A stretch of 64,000 nucleotides of DNA from Thermotogota bacterium (GTDB taxonomy: Bacteria; Thermotogota; Thermotogae; MWEM01). A program made the position numbers and the translations under genes. The stretch is from contig DAINPP010000001.1 of assembly GCA_036743375.1 (NCBI GenBank), positions 208,154 to 272,153 on the forward strand. Reading direction: 5' to 3'. Below the pieces are notes generated by a model. That model was not told the origin of the DNA. It saw nothing but the letters and a program-made list of their open reading frames with translations, and did no database searches. This document shows positions 8,978 to 17,581 of this stretch, one piece after another; the first letter of the stretch is position 1; the number at the start of each line of letters is the position of its first letter.

Positions 8978-10454
8978 CTTGTTACAATATCTGATAATTT
9001 TCTGTATTTCAATACCTTTTCTGATCCCTTTATTTAAGAAATTATCCAGAATAATCCCTATGATACAGATAGCTCTCGTTTCTTCACTGCTCTTAAGTCT
9101 TTTTTTTGCTCATCAGGAATTACCTGTTTCTGCAGTTTTTGGAGGATGGGATAATACAAGAGGGGTAGAAATACTCTTCGATGATCATTCGTTTCTCTTC
9201 ATCACAGCAACGTATATCGTCTTTCTCTCGGTTAACATCTACTCTTTTTCGAGAAAATGGGATTGGAAATATTATTTTCTTTTAAATTTATTACTTTCCG
9301 ATCTAACCTGTCTCTTCGTAGCCAATGACTTATTCAACATCTATGTAACCCTTGAACTGCTTTCCCTACTCTCATACCTTCTGATTTCCGTAGAAATGAA
9401 GAATCGACAGATCTGGTCGAGTTTAAAATATATGATTCTCGGCGCCGTGGGATTTAATATCTACCTGCTTGGCGTTGCCATGATATACAATGAAAGCGGA
9501 ACATTGAATCTCTCACTTTTATCTCAGGCTGGAATAAAGACACCACTTCCTTATCTGCTTGTATTTACCGCCCTAATGATCAAATCCGGAATATTCTTCT
9601 ACAGTATGTGGCTACCTTCCGCACATTCAGAAGCAGAAACGACAATTTCCGCAATTCTTTCAGCGGTCATCGTAAAGGCAGGAATATTCCATCTCTTAAG
9701 ACTCGGTAATGTTGTCGGAACAGAATTCATTTCCGGATATATCACTACGGTAGGGTTCATAAGCGCCCTTTCCGGTGCCTATCTGTCTATCAAGCAGAAT
9801 GATGTAAAGTTGATCATGGCATTCAGTACCATGTCACAAACCGGGTTTGTTCTTATTGGCTGGGAATCTTATGGCGCGAATTATGCCTTCTCGCATGCCA
9901 TTTTCAAAGCATTACTCTTTTTATCTGTAGGCTATCTGGCTCATATCACGGGCACAAGAAATATCACGAAAAGACAGAAAATCCAGGTTCCACTCCCCCT
10001 TTTCATCGCCTTATGGGTGGGATATCTCTCTATTTCCGGTATTCCATTTTTTGCAGGAGCCTTTTATAAGCATGAAATCATCATTCATACCAGTGTTTTC
10101 TGTCAGATTTTATTGAACATTGCAGCATTGGGGTCGATTATTTCTATTGGAAGGATAATTTTCAACATAAAACCGGTAAAAGGTACTTTACCGTATACTT
10201 CAAGGGACCTTTCTCTGACGCTTTTGGCAATAGGTTGTCTCGTTATTGGAATCTTTTCAAGTTCTGGACACCTTTCGCCGAAAGATCTTATTGAACCGTG
10301 TCTCTTATTCCTCACCGGCGTTGTGATCTATTTTCTCGTTGGGTGGAAAATCAGTTTTTCATACCCATATAAGCTGTTTAAGCTCACAAATGTCATGACG
10401 ATCTATTTTATTATCATCGGCCTACTTGCAGCAATGACTTATTTTGTGTTCTGA
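8961..10454 (+). CDS. mrpD: Mrp/Mnh antiporter subunit D-like (NuoN/NuoL family proton-pumping subunit)
   Basis: 497 aa, about 14 TM helices, NuoL/M/N-family sequence pattern. Overlaps mrpC by 17 nt; RBS GGAGAG. Confidence 0.7.
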   Translation: MNLTPDLLQYLIIFCISIPFLIPLFKKLSRIIPMIQIALVSSLLLSLFFAHQELPVSAVFGGWDNTRGVEILFDDHSFLFITATYIVFLSVNIYSFSRKWDWKYYFLLNLLLSDLTCLFVANDLFNIYVTLELLSLLSYLLISVEMKNRQIWSSLKYMILGAVGFNIYLLGVAMIYNESGTLNLSLLSQAGIKTPLPYLLVFTALMIKSGIFFYSMWLPSAHSEAETTISAILSAVIVKAGIFHLLRLGNVVGTEFISGYITTVGFISALSGAYLSIKQNDVKLIMAFSTMSQTGFVLIGWESYGANYAFSHAIFKALLFLSVGYLAHITGTRNITKRQKIQVPLPLFIALWVGYLSISGIPFFAGAFYKHEIIIHTSVFCQILLNIAALGSIISIGRIIFNIKPVKGTLPYTSRDLSLTLLAIGCLVIGIFSSSGHLSPKDLIEPCLLFLTGVVIYFLVGWKISFSYPYKLFKLTNVMTIYFIIIGLLAAMTYFVF

Positions 10455-11592
10455 GGAATGCTTCTATGATAAGGGGATCAAATTTTTCCTTTTGATTTTC
10501 TTTGATTTCCTCTATCGCAAAATCGATACTTCTTTCTTCTTTATAGACCCTCCTTGAAGTAATCGCATCAAAGACATCGGCAACCGAGACGATTTTTGAA
10601 AACAAGCCGATATCTCCATCTTTTAATCCCCGGGGATACCCACTCCCATCAAGTCTTTCGTGGTGTTCATAAATGATCTCTTTTGTAAGGCTTATAATCG
10701 TAGTCAATTCATCAGGACCCTTTCTCCCATTAAACCCTTTTTTTTCTGGAAACGCCGCTTCTATAATCTCCAGACCTTTCTGACTGTGCTGCTTGATAAC
10801 CTCAAATTCCACTCTTGTCAGTTTCCCCGGTTTGTTAAGAACGTTTTCGGGTATGGCAAGCTTTCCTATATCATGAATCGTTGCAGCAAGCCTCAGGGCT
10901 TCTATAGAAAACGGATTAAGCTTTTCAAGAATATCATCCCTTTTTAGCTTTTTAGCGATATACCATAGTTCAATGGCAATCTTGTATGAACAGTCTCCCA
11001 CACGCTGCATGTGAGGAAAGGTTTCATCTCCCTTTAATTCGAGAATCTTTCTGTAGCTTGTAAAAAAATTCTTTATCTGTTCAAGCGCCCCAAAGAAGTC
11101 CGATACTCTCTGAGAGGCCAATGGAATCTTCTGCTGTATAAAATCTTTAAACACAGAATCATAAAATGGATTTTCCTTTGAAAGAAGGATAAGAAAGTAC
11201 ATCTTGTCATGCACTCTGCAAAGTGGAATCCTCAGTTGAGCAAATATCTTATTTCGTATCATCATTTCCGCAAATTTACTCACGTTTCGCTGTGTTACAT
11301 ATCGTAAAGGCAATTCATCGACGATAGAAGGGGTCTTTTCTCTGAAGATTCCGGGAATATCTTTTCTGGAGATCTGTTCTTCAAAATGAGGCGGAAAGGC
11401 ATCTGAAATGGAAACCTGATAAAGCGTATGTCTTCCATCGGTTCCTACTTCAGATAAAAAAACGGAGTCAGTATTTTCATACTGTATATACTTGCAAATA
11501 TCCGAAAGCAAATCGTTGCTATAAAAAAGATTATTCACTATCCCCCCACCAAATAATAAAGAATAAAAACCGGAACTTCTCCCCAAATGCAT
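10414..11592 (-). CDS. HD-GYP domain c-di-GMP phosphodiesterase with uncharacterised N-terminal sensor region
   Basis: HDIGKLAIP and HHERLDGSGYPRGL motifs. Convergent with mrpD, overlapping its 3' end by 41 nt. Confidence 0.75.
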   Translation of the reverse strand: MHLGRSSGFYSLLFGGGIVNNLFYSNDLLSDICKYIQYENTDSVFLSEVGTDGRHTLYQVSISDAFPPHFEEQISRKDIPGIFREKTPSIVDELPLRYVTQRNVSKFAEMMIRNKIFAQLRIPLCRVHDKMYFLILLSKENPFYDSVFKDFIQQKIPLASQRVSDFFGALEQIKNFFTSYRKILELKGDETFPHMQRVGDCSYKIAIELWYIAKKLKRDDILEKLNPFSIEALRLAATIHDIGKLAIPENVLNKPGKLTRVEFEVIKQHSQKGLEIIEAAFPEKKGFNGRKGPDELTTIISLTKEIIYEHHERLDGSGYPRGLKDGDIGLFSKIVSVADVFDAITSRRVYKEERSIDFAIEEIKENQKEKFDPLIIEAFLRTQNKSLLQVGR

Positions 11593-11681
11593 TATAGCAC
11601 AGTATTTTCAACAAGCTGATTGTTTTCTGATTTTGTCTTAAATGCCCATTACATTTGAGTCGTAGAGTAGAAGAATGATGA

Positions 11682-12908
11682 TTATCCCCAGAACTGTTCG
11701 ATCTGATCCTCTACTTTCTGTTCGTTGGGGTTGATATGCTCAAGTGCAGCCTTTTCTGTTTTACCATCTTTTATCATGTCCAGGAATTCTACCGATGTTT
11801 TTACAACCTGTCTCATCTCAACAAATTTGTTATTGTGAAACGGTGACGTCAATTTCTCCTGTAGTGTCGATATCGCCGTATTTCCAAGAGATATATTAGG
11901 TTTTATCCCATAGGCCGAAGAATACACCGTACTGAGCGAACTAATGAGATCGTCGTATACTTCGGGAGATACGGGTTTTAAAACCTGAACCGTCGATTCG
12001 GAGGTCGTTGTCATCTCTGTTTTTAATCTGTCATAAAGTGCGAGATAACTCTTGACACCCCTTTCCGAGTTATCAAACCATTGCGGGGTTCCCAGCCAAA
12101 TACAATAAAGATTTGGAAGCTCCTTTGAGGAAATCATGTCCATGATCCCCCTCAAGGCCTCGTACCCCTTCATCGAAATGTTTTTTCTCTGTTCCTGCAT
12201 CAGTTCCAATTCATCGAAGACAAGGACTACTCCACTATATTCTATTGCCTTTGATAACTTCAATATATCTTTTAAAAACAAAAAGCTTTCTTCACGATTT
12301 TCTACTTTTCTGGAGATCTGTAGTTTTTTCAATTCCGTAAAACTGATTTTCCTACCGGACATCCAGTCAACAACTTTCTTTTTTTCCTCGTCACGGTTCA
12401 GGATATAGGCTTTGACAAAAGCTGAAAGACCCATGTTGAAATCATTTGTAAATTCATAATCAAGAACCTTTTCCTTTATCCGATTGAGGAATAATTCATC
12501 CTGTCCCCTTTCAATTCCGTTCGCCTCCATCTCTACAATCAACTTTTCAGCCCATTGTGAAAGAAGGTAAAACAGGGAATCGCCTGTAAATTCAGGTGTA
12601 ATAATACCGTTAATCATCGCCTGATACATCTCTACCGGTTTACTGAGCGGCGGCTCTGAAACATAAAGCGGAAGGAGATTATTCTCCAGCCCTTTTTCAA
12701 GGGCAATTCGACCGAGCAAAGTCTTTCCCGTTCCGTAATCACCGAGGAAGAGTTTTAAAGTACTTCCGCCCCTCGATACAAATTCTATATCCTTCTTAAA
12801 TATGTTAATCTCTTCAGTTCTTCCTTTAACGATCCTGCTGGCTGCTCCAAATGGCAAATCCGAACCATTTCGCAGAGAACGTATCATTTCTTCTTCAAAT
12901 GATGGCAT
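11682..12908 (-). CDS. P-loop NTPase (ORC/Cdc6-like AAA-type), function unknown
   Basis: Walker A LGDYGTGKTLLGRIAL and Walker B VVLVFDELE about 160 aa apart. Translationally coupled (TAATG) to the upstream gene. Confidence 0.6.
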   Translation of the reverse strand: MPSFEEEMIRSLRNGSDLPFGAASRIVKGRTEEINIFKKDIEFVSRGGSTLKLFLGDYGTGKTLLGRIALEKGLENNLLPLYVSEPPLSKPVEMYQAMINGIITPEFTGDSLFYLLSQWAEKLIVEMEANGIERGQDELFLNRIKEKVLDYEFTNDFNMGLSAFVKAYILNRDEEKKKVVDWMSGRKISFTELKKLQISRKVENREESFLFLKDILKLSKAIEYSGVVLVFDELELMQEQRKNISMKGYEALRGIMDMISSKELPNLYCIWLGTPQWFDNSERGVKSYLALYDRLKTEMTTTSESTVQVLKPVSPEVYDDLISSLSTVYSSAYGIKPNISLGNTAISTLQEKLTSPFHNNKFVEMRQVVKTSVEFLDMIKDGKTEKAALEHINPNEQKVEDQIEQFWG

Positions 12909-13726
12909 TACATTTCACCTCTTATCGCGTTTAGGACAATTTCTACCTTTGAATCCGTTAAAGACTCTCCCCACATGATCATCATTTTATCCCTCAGAGT
13001 CTTTATTTGTATCACGGGAACTCCATCAACTATCAGTTTTCTGCTTAACTTCGGAAGGACAAACTGATTGTTAGCCTGATCCTCTTCTATCTCAGCACTG
13101 TTAAACCATATCCCGTTCGGTTTACCGAAAACCTGCTTTAATAATACAATGTCATCAATCGTCAGATTACCTATCTTTTCATCGATATTTTTTTTGAAAA
13201 TACCATCCTCAGAAGAAACAGGTTTTCCTTCCGGTTTCTTCTCGACGGGAACAGTTTGAAGTACTTCTTTCTCGTGCTTTTCCTCCTTCACCTCATCATT
13301 CGCGCTCTCAGAATTAACCCTGGCTATTTGAGGCCTTGAACGTATCTCCCTCTCAGGTTCCTGAGGTTCAAAGAAGGTCTTTTGTATTTTTTCGTCAGAT
13401 TTTTTAATACTTCTTTTCAGATGAAGGGATTTGATGATATCCGTGTCATTCTTTATCTGTTCAAGCTCTTTTGCTATCCTTCTATTCCTTTGAGTATTCT
13501 GAGAGTTGTTCTCCGACATGAGGTCATTCAGTTGGTTCTGATAAAAAGAGATCTTGTTCTCTATGGAAGTAATACGCTGAAGAAGCTCTTCATTAACCGA
13601 AGAAAAATTTTTAATATCCTCATTTAGAACCCGTCTGGTTTTTTCCTCATGCTCTGATAACTTGTAATTAGTTCTCATGATAAAAAAAAGGATTAAAACC
13701 GCAAGAATAATGATTATAAAGTCCAT
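12908..13726 (-). CDS. membrane-anchored coiled-coil protein, function unknown
   Basis: N-terminal TM FIIIILAVLILFFIM, heptad-rich region, charged low-complexity linker, about 100-aa C-terminal domain. Confidence 0.5.
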   Translation of the reverse strand: MDFIIIILAVLILFFIMRTNYKLSEHEEKTRRVLNEDIKNFSSVNEELLQRITSIENKISFYQNQLNDLMSENNSQNTQRNRRIAKELEQIKNDTDIIKSLHLKRSIKKSDEKIQKTFFEPQEPEREIRSRPQIARVNSESANDEVKEEKHEKEVLQTVPVEKKPEGKPVSSEDGIFKKNIDEKIGNLTIDDIVLLKQVFGKPNGIWFNSAEIEEDQANNQFVLPKLSRKLIVDGVPVIQIKTLRDKMMIMWGESLTDSKVEIVLNAIRGEM

Positions 13727-13840
13727 AAAACGCCCCTATCATACAATAAGATAATAAACAATAAAAATAAATCCTTTGTATCCATTTGATTTTTCGCTAT
13801 GAAATTATATCATGAATCAAGTTTTTATAAAAAAACTGTC

Positions 13841-13869
13841 TTGCTAACATAAATAACATCGGATATAAT
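13841..13869 (+). promoter_or_regulatory. sigma-70-type promoter for the GH2 gene
   Basis: TTGCTA, a 17-nt spacer, then TATAAT; followed by a GAGGTGA RBS and the ATG at 13899. Confidence 0.5.
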
Positions 13870-13898
13870 CAGATAAAACGACTGTGAGGTGATCAGGC

Positions 13899-16334
13899 AT
13901 GAGAGTCATAGAACATATCAATTTTGACTGGAAGTTTAAGGCTGATTTTGATGAAAGCTATACGGCAAATGATTTTGATGATAGTGTGTTTGAAACAATA
14001 AATATTCCACATTGCAATATTATATTACCTTATAATAATTTCGATGAAAAAGAGTATCAGTTTGAAAGCTGTTACAGGCGAAAATTCATTCCCTCCTCCA
14101 TTCACAGAGGGAATCTGATCTATCTGTGCTTTGATGGCATCATGAATTATGCCAGAATCTTTATCAACGGCAAGTTTGCCGGAGAACATAAAGGAGGGTA
14201 TACACCATTTAAACTTGAAATATCCGAATTTGTTCTATACGATGAAGAAAATAGTATCACCGTTTATGTCGATTCCAGAGAGAGAAAAGAAATTCCTCCG
14301 TTCGGATTTGTCATTGATTATCTGACATATGGCGGAATTTACAGAGAAGCAAGGCTTGAATACTGTAATGATGTACTGATAGAGAATTGCCATATTATGA
14401 CAACTCATGTTCTGAGAGAAGAAAAGAGGCTCTCCCTGAATCTTTTTCTAAAAAACATTTTAAAAAGGGAGGATTTCTACGATCTGATTATAAGTGTCAG
14501 ACAAGGATCTAAAATCGTACAAACTTTCAAAAGGAACATAACACTTCACGGAATCAAAGATGAAAAATTCACTTTCGATTTTGATATCAATGGCGTCGAA
14601 TTATGGGATATAGAGAACCCTAATTTATATACTGTAAAACTGGAATTAAAGAAAGAAAGAGAACTCATGGATAATAAATCCTTCCGTTTTGGTTTCAGAG
14701 AAATCGAATTGACAAAAAGAGGCTTTTTTCTCAACGGGGAAAAAATAAAAATAAGAGGACTCAACAGACACCAGTCCTTCCCGTACACAGGTTACGCGAT
14801 GCCTAAAAGTGCACAGTATAAAGATGCGGAAATATTGAAGAATGAACTCGGAGTAAATACCGTCCGTTTATCTCATTATCCACAATCAGATCATTTCCTT
14901 GACCGATGTGATGAACTCGGGCTACTTGTTTTCGATGAAATCCCCGGTTGGCAGCATATAGGAGAAAAAGGCGAATGGTGGAACATCACAAGACAGCACG
15001 TTTCCGAAATGATCAAGAAAGACTGGAATCACCCTTCCGTATTTATCTGGGGCGTCAGAATCAACGAATCACAGGATAACGATGAGCTTTATACCGAAAC
15101 AAACAGAATGGCAAAAGAACTCGACCACACAAGACCCACCGGCGGCGTAAGATGTATAACGGGCAGTCATTTGCTGGAGGATGTCTATACTTATAACGAT
15201 TTTATCCATAACGGTATAAGAAGAGGGTTGAACAAGAGGAAAAATGTGATAAAAAGGGAAGTGCCTTACCTCGTCACCGAGTATAACGGGCACATGTTTC
15301 CGACTAAGAAATTTGACGACACCGCTCATAGAGTTGAACAGGCACTCCGGCATCTACGTGTTCTTGATGCGATGTACGCTGACGATGAAATAGCTGGATG
15401 TATAGGTTGGTGCATGTTTGATTACAACACACATAAAGAGTTTGGTAGTGGGGATAAAATTTGCTATCACGGTGTCTTAGACATGTTCAGAATACCCAAA
15501 TATGCAGCGGGTGTCTATGCCTCTCAACAGGATGAAACGCCTGTTATGACTGTAGCCAGCAGCATGGAAAACGGTGATCTGGCGGGTTCTATCAGGGGAG
15601 ATGTCTATGTTTTTACAAATTGTGATTCTGTAAAACTTTTCATCAATGACAGGTTTATAAAGGAATTTACACCGAGAAGAGATCTGTTTCCGAATATTCC
15701 TCATCCACCGATACTGATAGATGATTTTATCGGTGATCAGATAAAAGACAACGAGAAATTCAGTGAGAAAGATTCTGAAGTTATTAAAAGCATCCTTATG
15801 AAGGTCAACAAAACAGGTGGAGAACTCGACATCTCCGATAAAATGGCCTTTGCAAGGCTTGCCTTCAAGTACAAAATGAACAAAAAAGATGGAGACGATC
15901 TGTACTCAAAATATTTTGCCGGTTGGGGAAGTGCTTCAACTGAATACAGGTTTGAAGGGTTCAAAAACAGAAAATGTGTTGTCTCACAGAAGAAATCACA
16001 GGTGTTTAAACCAGAATTGGTTGTAGAGATAGATAATGAAAGCCTCATCGAAGAAACGACGTATGATACGACCAGAATCGTTCTGAAACTGAAGAACGAA
16101 TACGATGACGATATTATCTACTCAAATGAAGTGTTTGTATTGAGCGTTGAAGGTGAAGCGGAAATAATAGGTCCCAGATTAATCTCACTGATAGGTGGCA
16201 GTCGTGCATTCTGGATAAAATCCATCGGAAAAACAGGAACTGCTGTGGTGAAAATAGAATCCGAAAGATTCGGTACAACGCTGAAAACCATCACTATAAA
16301 GAAAAACCCATTAAATGAAAGACAAAATACTTAA
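13899..16334 (+). CDS. glycoside hydrolase family 2 (beta-galactosidase/beta-glucuronidase/beta-mannosidase-like)
   Basis: NTVRLSHYPQSDHFLDRCDELGLLVFDEIP matches the GH2 TIM-barrel signature. Sugar-binding and Ig-like N-terminal region; 811 aa. Confidence 0.7.
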   Translation: MRVIEHINFDWKFKADFDESYTANDFDDSVFETINIPHCNIILPYNNFDEKEYQFESCYRRKFIPSSIHRGNLIYLCFDGIMNYARIFINGKFAGEHKGGYTPFKLEISEFVLYDEENSITVYVDSRERKEIPPFGFVIDYLTYGGIYREARLEYCNDVLIENCHIMTTHVLREEKRLSLNLFLKNILKREDFYDLIISVRQGSKIVQTFKRNITLHGIKDEKFTFDFDINGVELWDIENPNLYTVKLELKKERELMDNKSFRFGFREIELTKRGFFLNGEKIKIRGLNRHQSFPYTGYAMPKSAQYKDAEILKNELGVNTVRLSHYPQSDHFLDRCDELGLLVFDEIPGWQHIGEKGEWWNITRQHVSEMIKKDWNHPSVFIWGVRINESQDNDELYTETNRMAKELDHTRPTGGVRCITGSHLLEDVYTYNDFIHNGIRRGLNKRKNVIKREVPYLVTEYNGHMFPTKKFDDTAHRVEQALRHLRVLDAMYADDEIAGCIGWCMFDYNTHKEFGSGDKICYHGVLDMFRIPKYAAGVYASQQDETPVMTVASSMENGDLAGSIRGDVYVFTNCDSVKLFINDRFIKEFTPRRDLFPNIPHPPILIDDFIGDQIKDNEKFSEKDSEVIKSILMKVNKTGGELDISDKMAFARLAFKYKMNKKDGDDLYSKYFAGWGSASTEYRFEGFKNRKCVVSQKKSQVFKPELVVEIDNESLIEETTYDTTRIVLKLKNEYDDDIIYSNEVFVLSVEGEAEIIGPRLISLIGGSRAFWIKSIGKTGTAVVKIESERFGTTLKTITIKKNPLNERQNT

Positions 16335-16415
16335 TCGGTTGCAAAATGTGTGTTAATGGTGTATACTACATGCGGGGTAATATTTCTTTTATTATATGTG
16401 GGGGGTATATGACAT

Positions 16416-17525
16416 ATGGATATGTGTATACTCGATGCCCAAGCTCTTTTTGAAGCTGGGGTTTGTTATTTGGGTGAAGAGTACCGATATTTTCGTGTTT
16501 CTGGGGAAAAACAACAATTGAATATCATTAAGGATTGGATTTCTCCCTTTTTGTTTTCGAGGAGGGGGAATGATTGCTTGTTTTTCTACGAGAGACCATC
16601 GGCCTTTTTGGACCTTCTGATGCAACCTGCGATTAATGATGAAATATTCTCTTTCAAAAAAAAGTTAAGATTATACCTTGAAATTAATACTGATTCTATG
16701 GTTTTACCTGCAGCGGGTACGCTCTCTTTTGAAAAACCTTTGATTATGGGGATAATCAATGCGACAGAAGACAGTTTTTATTCTGAGAGCAGAGTCATAG
16801 ATGAAGAGGCCTTTCTCTCCAAAGTTAGCGATATGATTTCCGTGGGGGCGGATATCATCGATATCGGAGGAGAATCTTCAAGACCAGGCGCTTTACCCGT
16901 TTCACCGGAAGAGGAACAGAATCGAATCGTTCCCTTGATAAGAAAACTCAGACAAAACTTTAATATTCCCATATCCGTTGATACGTATCGAAGAAGTACC
17001 GCTGAGGCTGCATATAAGGCGGGAGCTGATATTATCAACGATATAAGTGGCTTACAGTTTGATGAGTCGATGGCTGAATTTGCCGCGTATTCCGGAATGC
17101 CCGTAGTCCTCATGCACATCAAGGGAAATCCAGAAACCATGCAGGATAACCCGGTTTATTCAGATGTGCTGACTGAAGTGAAGGATTATTTCAGTAAAAG
17201 AATACGGTATGCACTCAGCAAGGGAATAAAGAGGGAAAAGTTGATTCTTGATCCGGGAATAGGATTCGGAAAGAGATTGGAAGATAATCTCATGCTTCTA
17301 AAGCATCTGGATGAGTTTAAGATATTCAGACTTCCATTGTTAGTGGGGACTTCAAGGAAGTCATTTATAGGGGAGGTGTTAAAACAGAAAAATCCGAAAG
17401 ACCGTTTATCGGGTACGATGGGTACAACTGCATTGGGAGTGCAGAAAGGTGCTCATATCTTCAGAGTACACGATGTAAAAGAAAATAAGGAAATAGCGGA
17501 TTTAGTTTTTAACATCATCAAGTAA
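16416..17525 (+). CDS. folP: dihydropteroate synthase with an N-terminal extension of about 110 aa
   Basis: Core starts MGIINATEDSFYSESRVID with pterin-binding motifs DIIDIGGESSRPGA and ISVDTYR. The DHPS core alone would start at 16745. Confidence 0.8.
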   Translation: MDMCILDAQALFEAGVCYLGEEYRYFRVSGEKQQLNIIKDWISPFLFSRRGNDCLFFYERPSAFLDLLMQPAINDEIFSFKKKLRLYLEINTDSMVLPAAGTLSFEKPLIMGIINATEDSFYSESRVIDEEAFLSKVSDMISVGADIIDIGGESSRPGALPVSPEEEQNRIVPLIRKLRQNFNIPISVDTYRRSTAEAAYKAGADIINDISGLQFDESMAEFAAYSGMPVVLMHIKGNPETMQDNPVYSDVLTEVKDYFSKRIRYALSKGIKREKLILDPGIGFGKRLEDNLMLLKHLDEFKIFRLPLLVGTSRKSFIGEVLKQKNPKDRLSGTMGTTALGVQKGAHIFRVHDVKENKEIADLVFNIIK

Positions 17526-17581
17526 CCGGCAGAAACCGGATGTGCCTGGGGGGGCACAGGAACTATAGGGGGGTTCTTATT

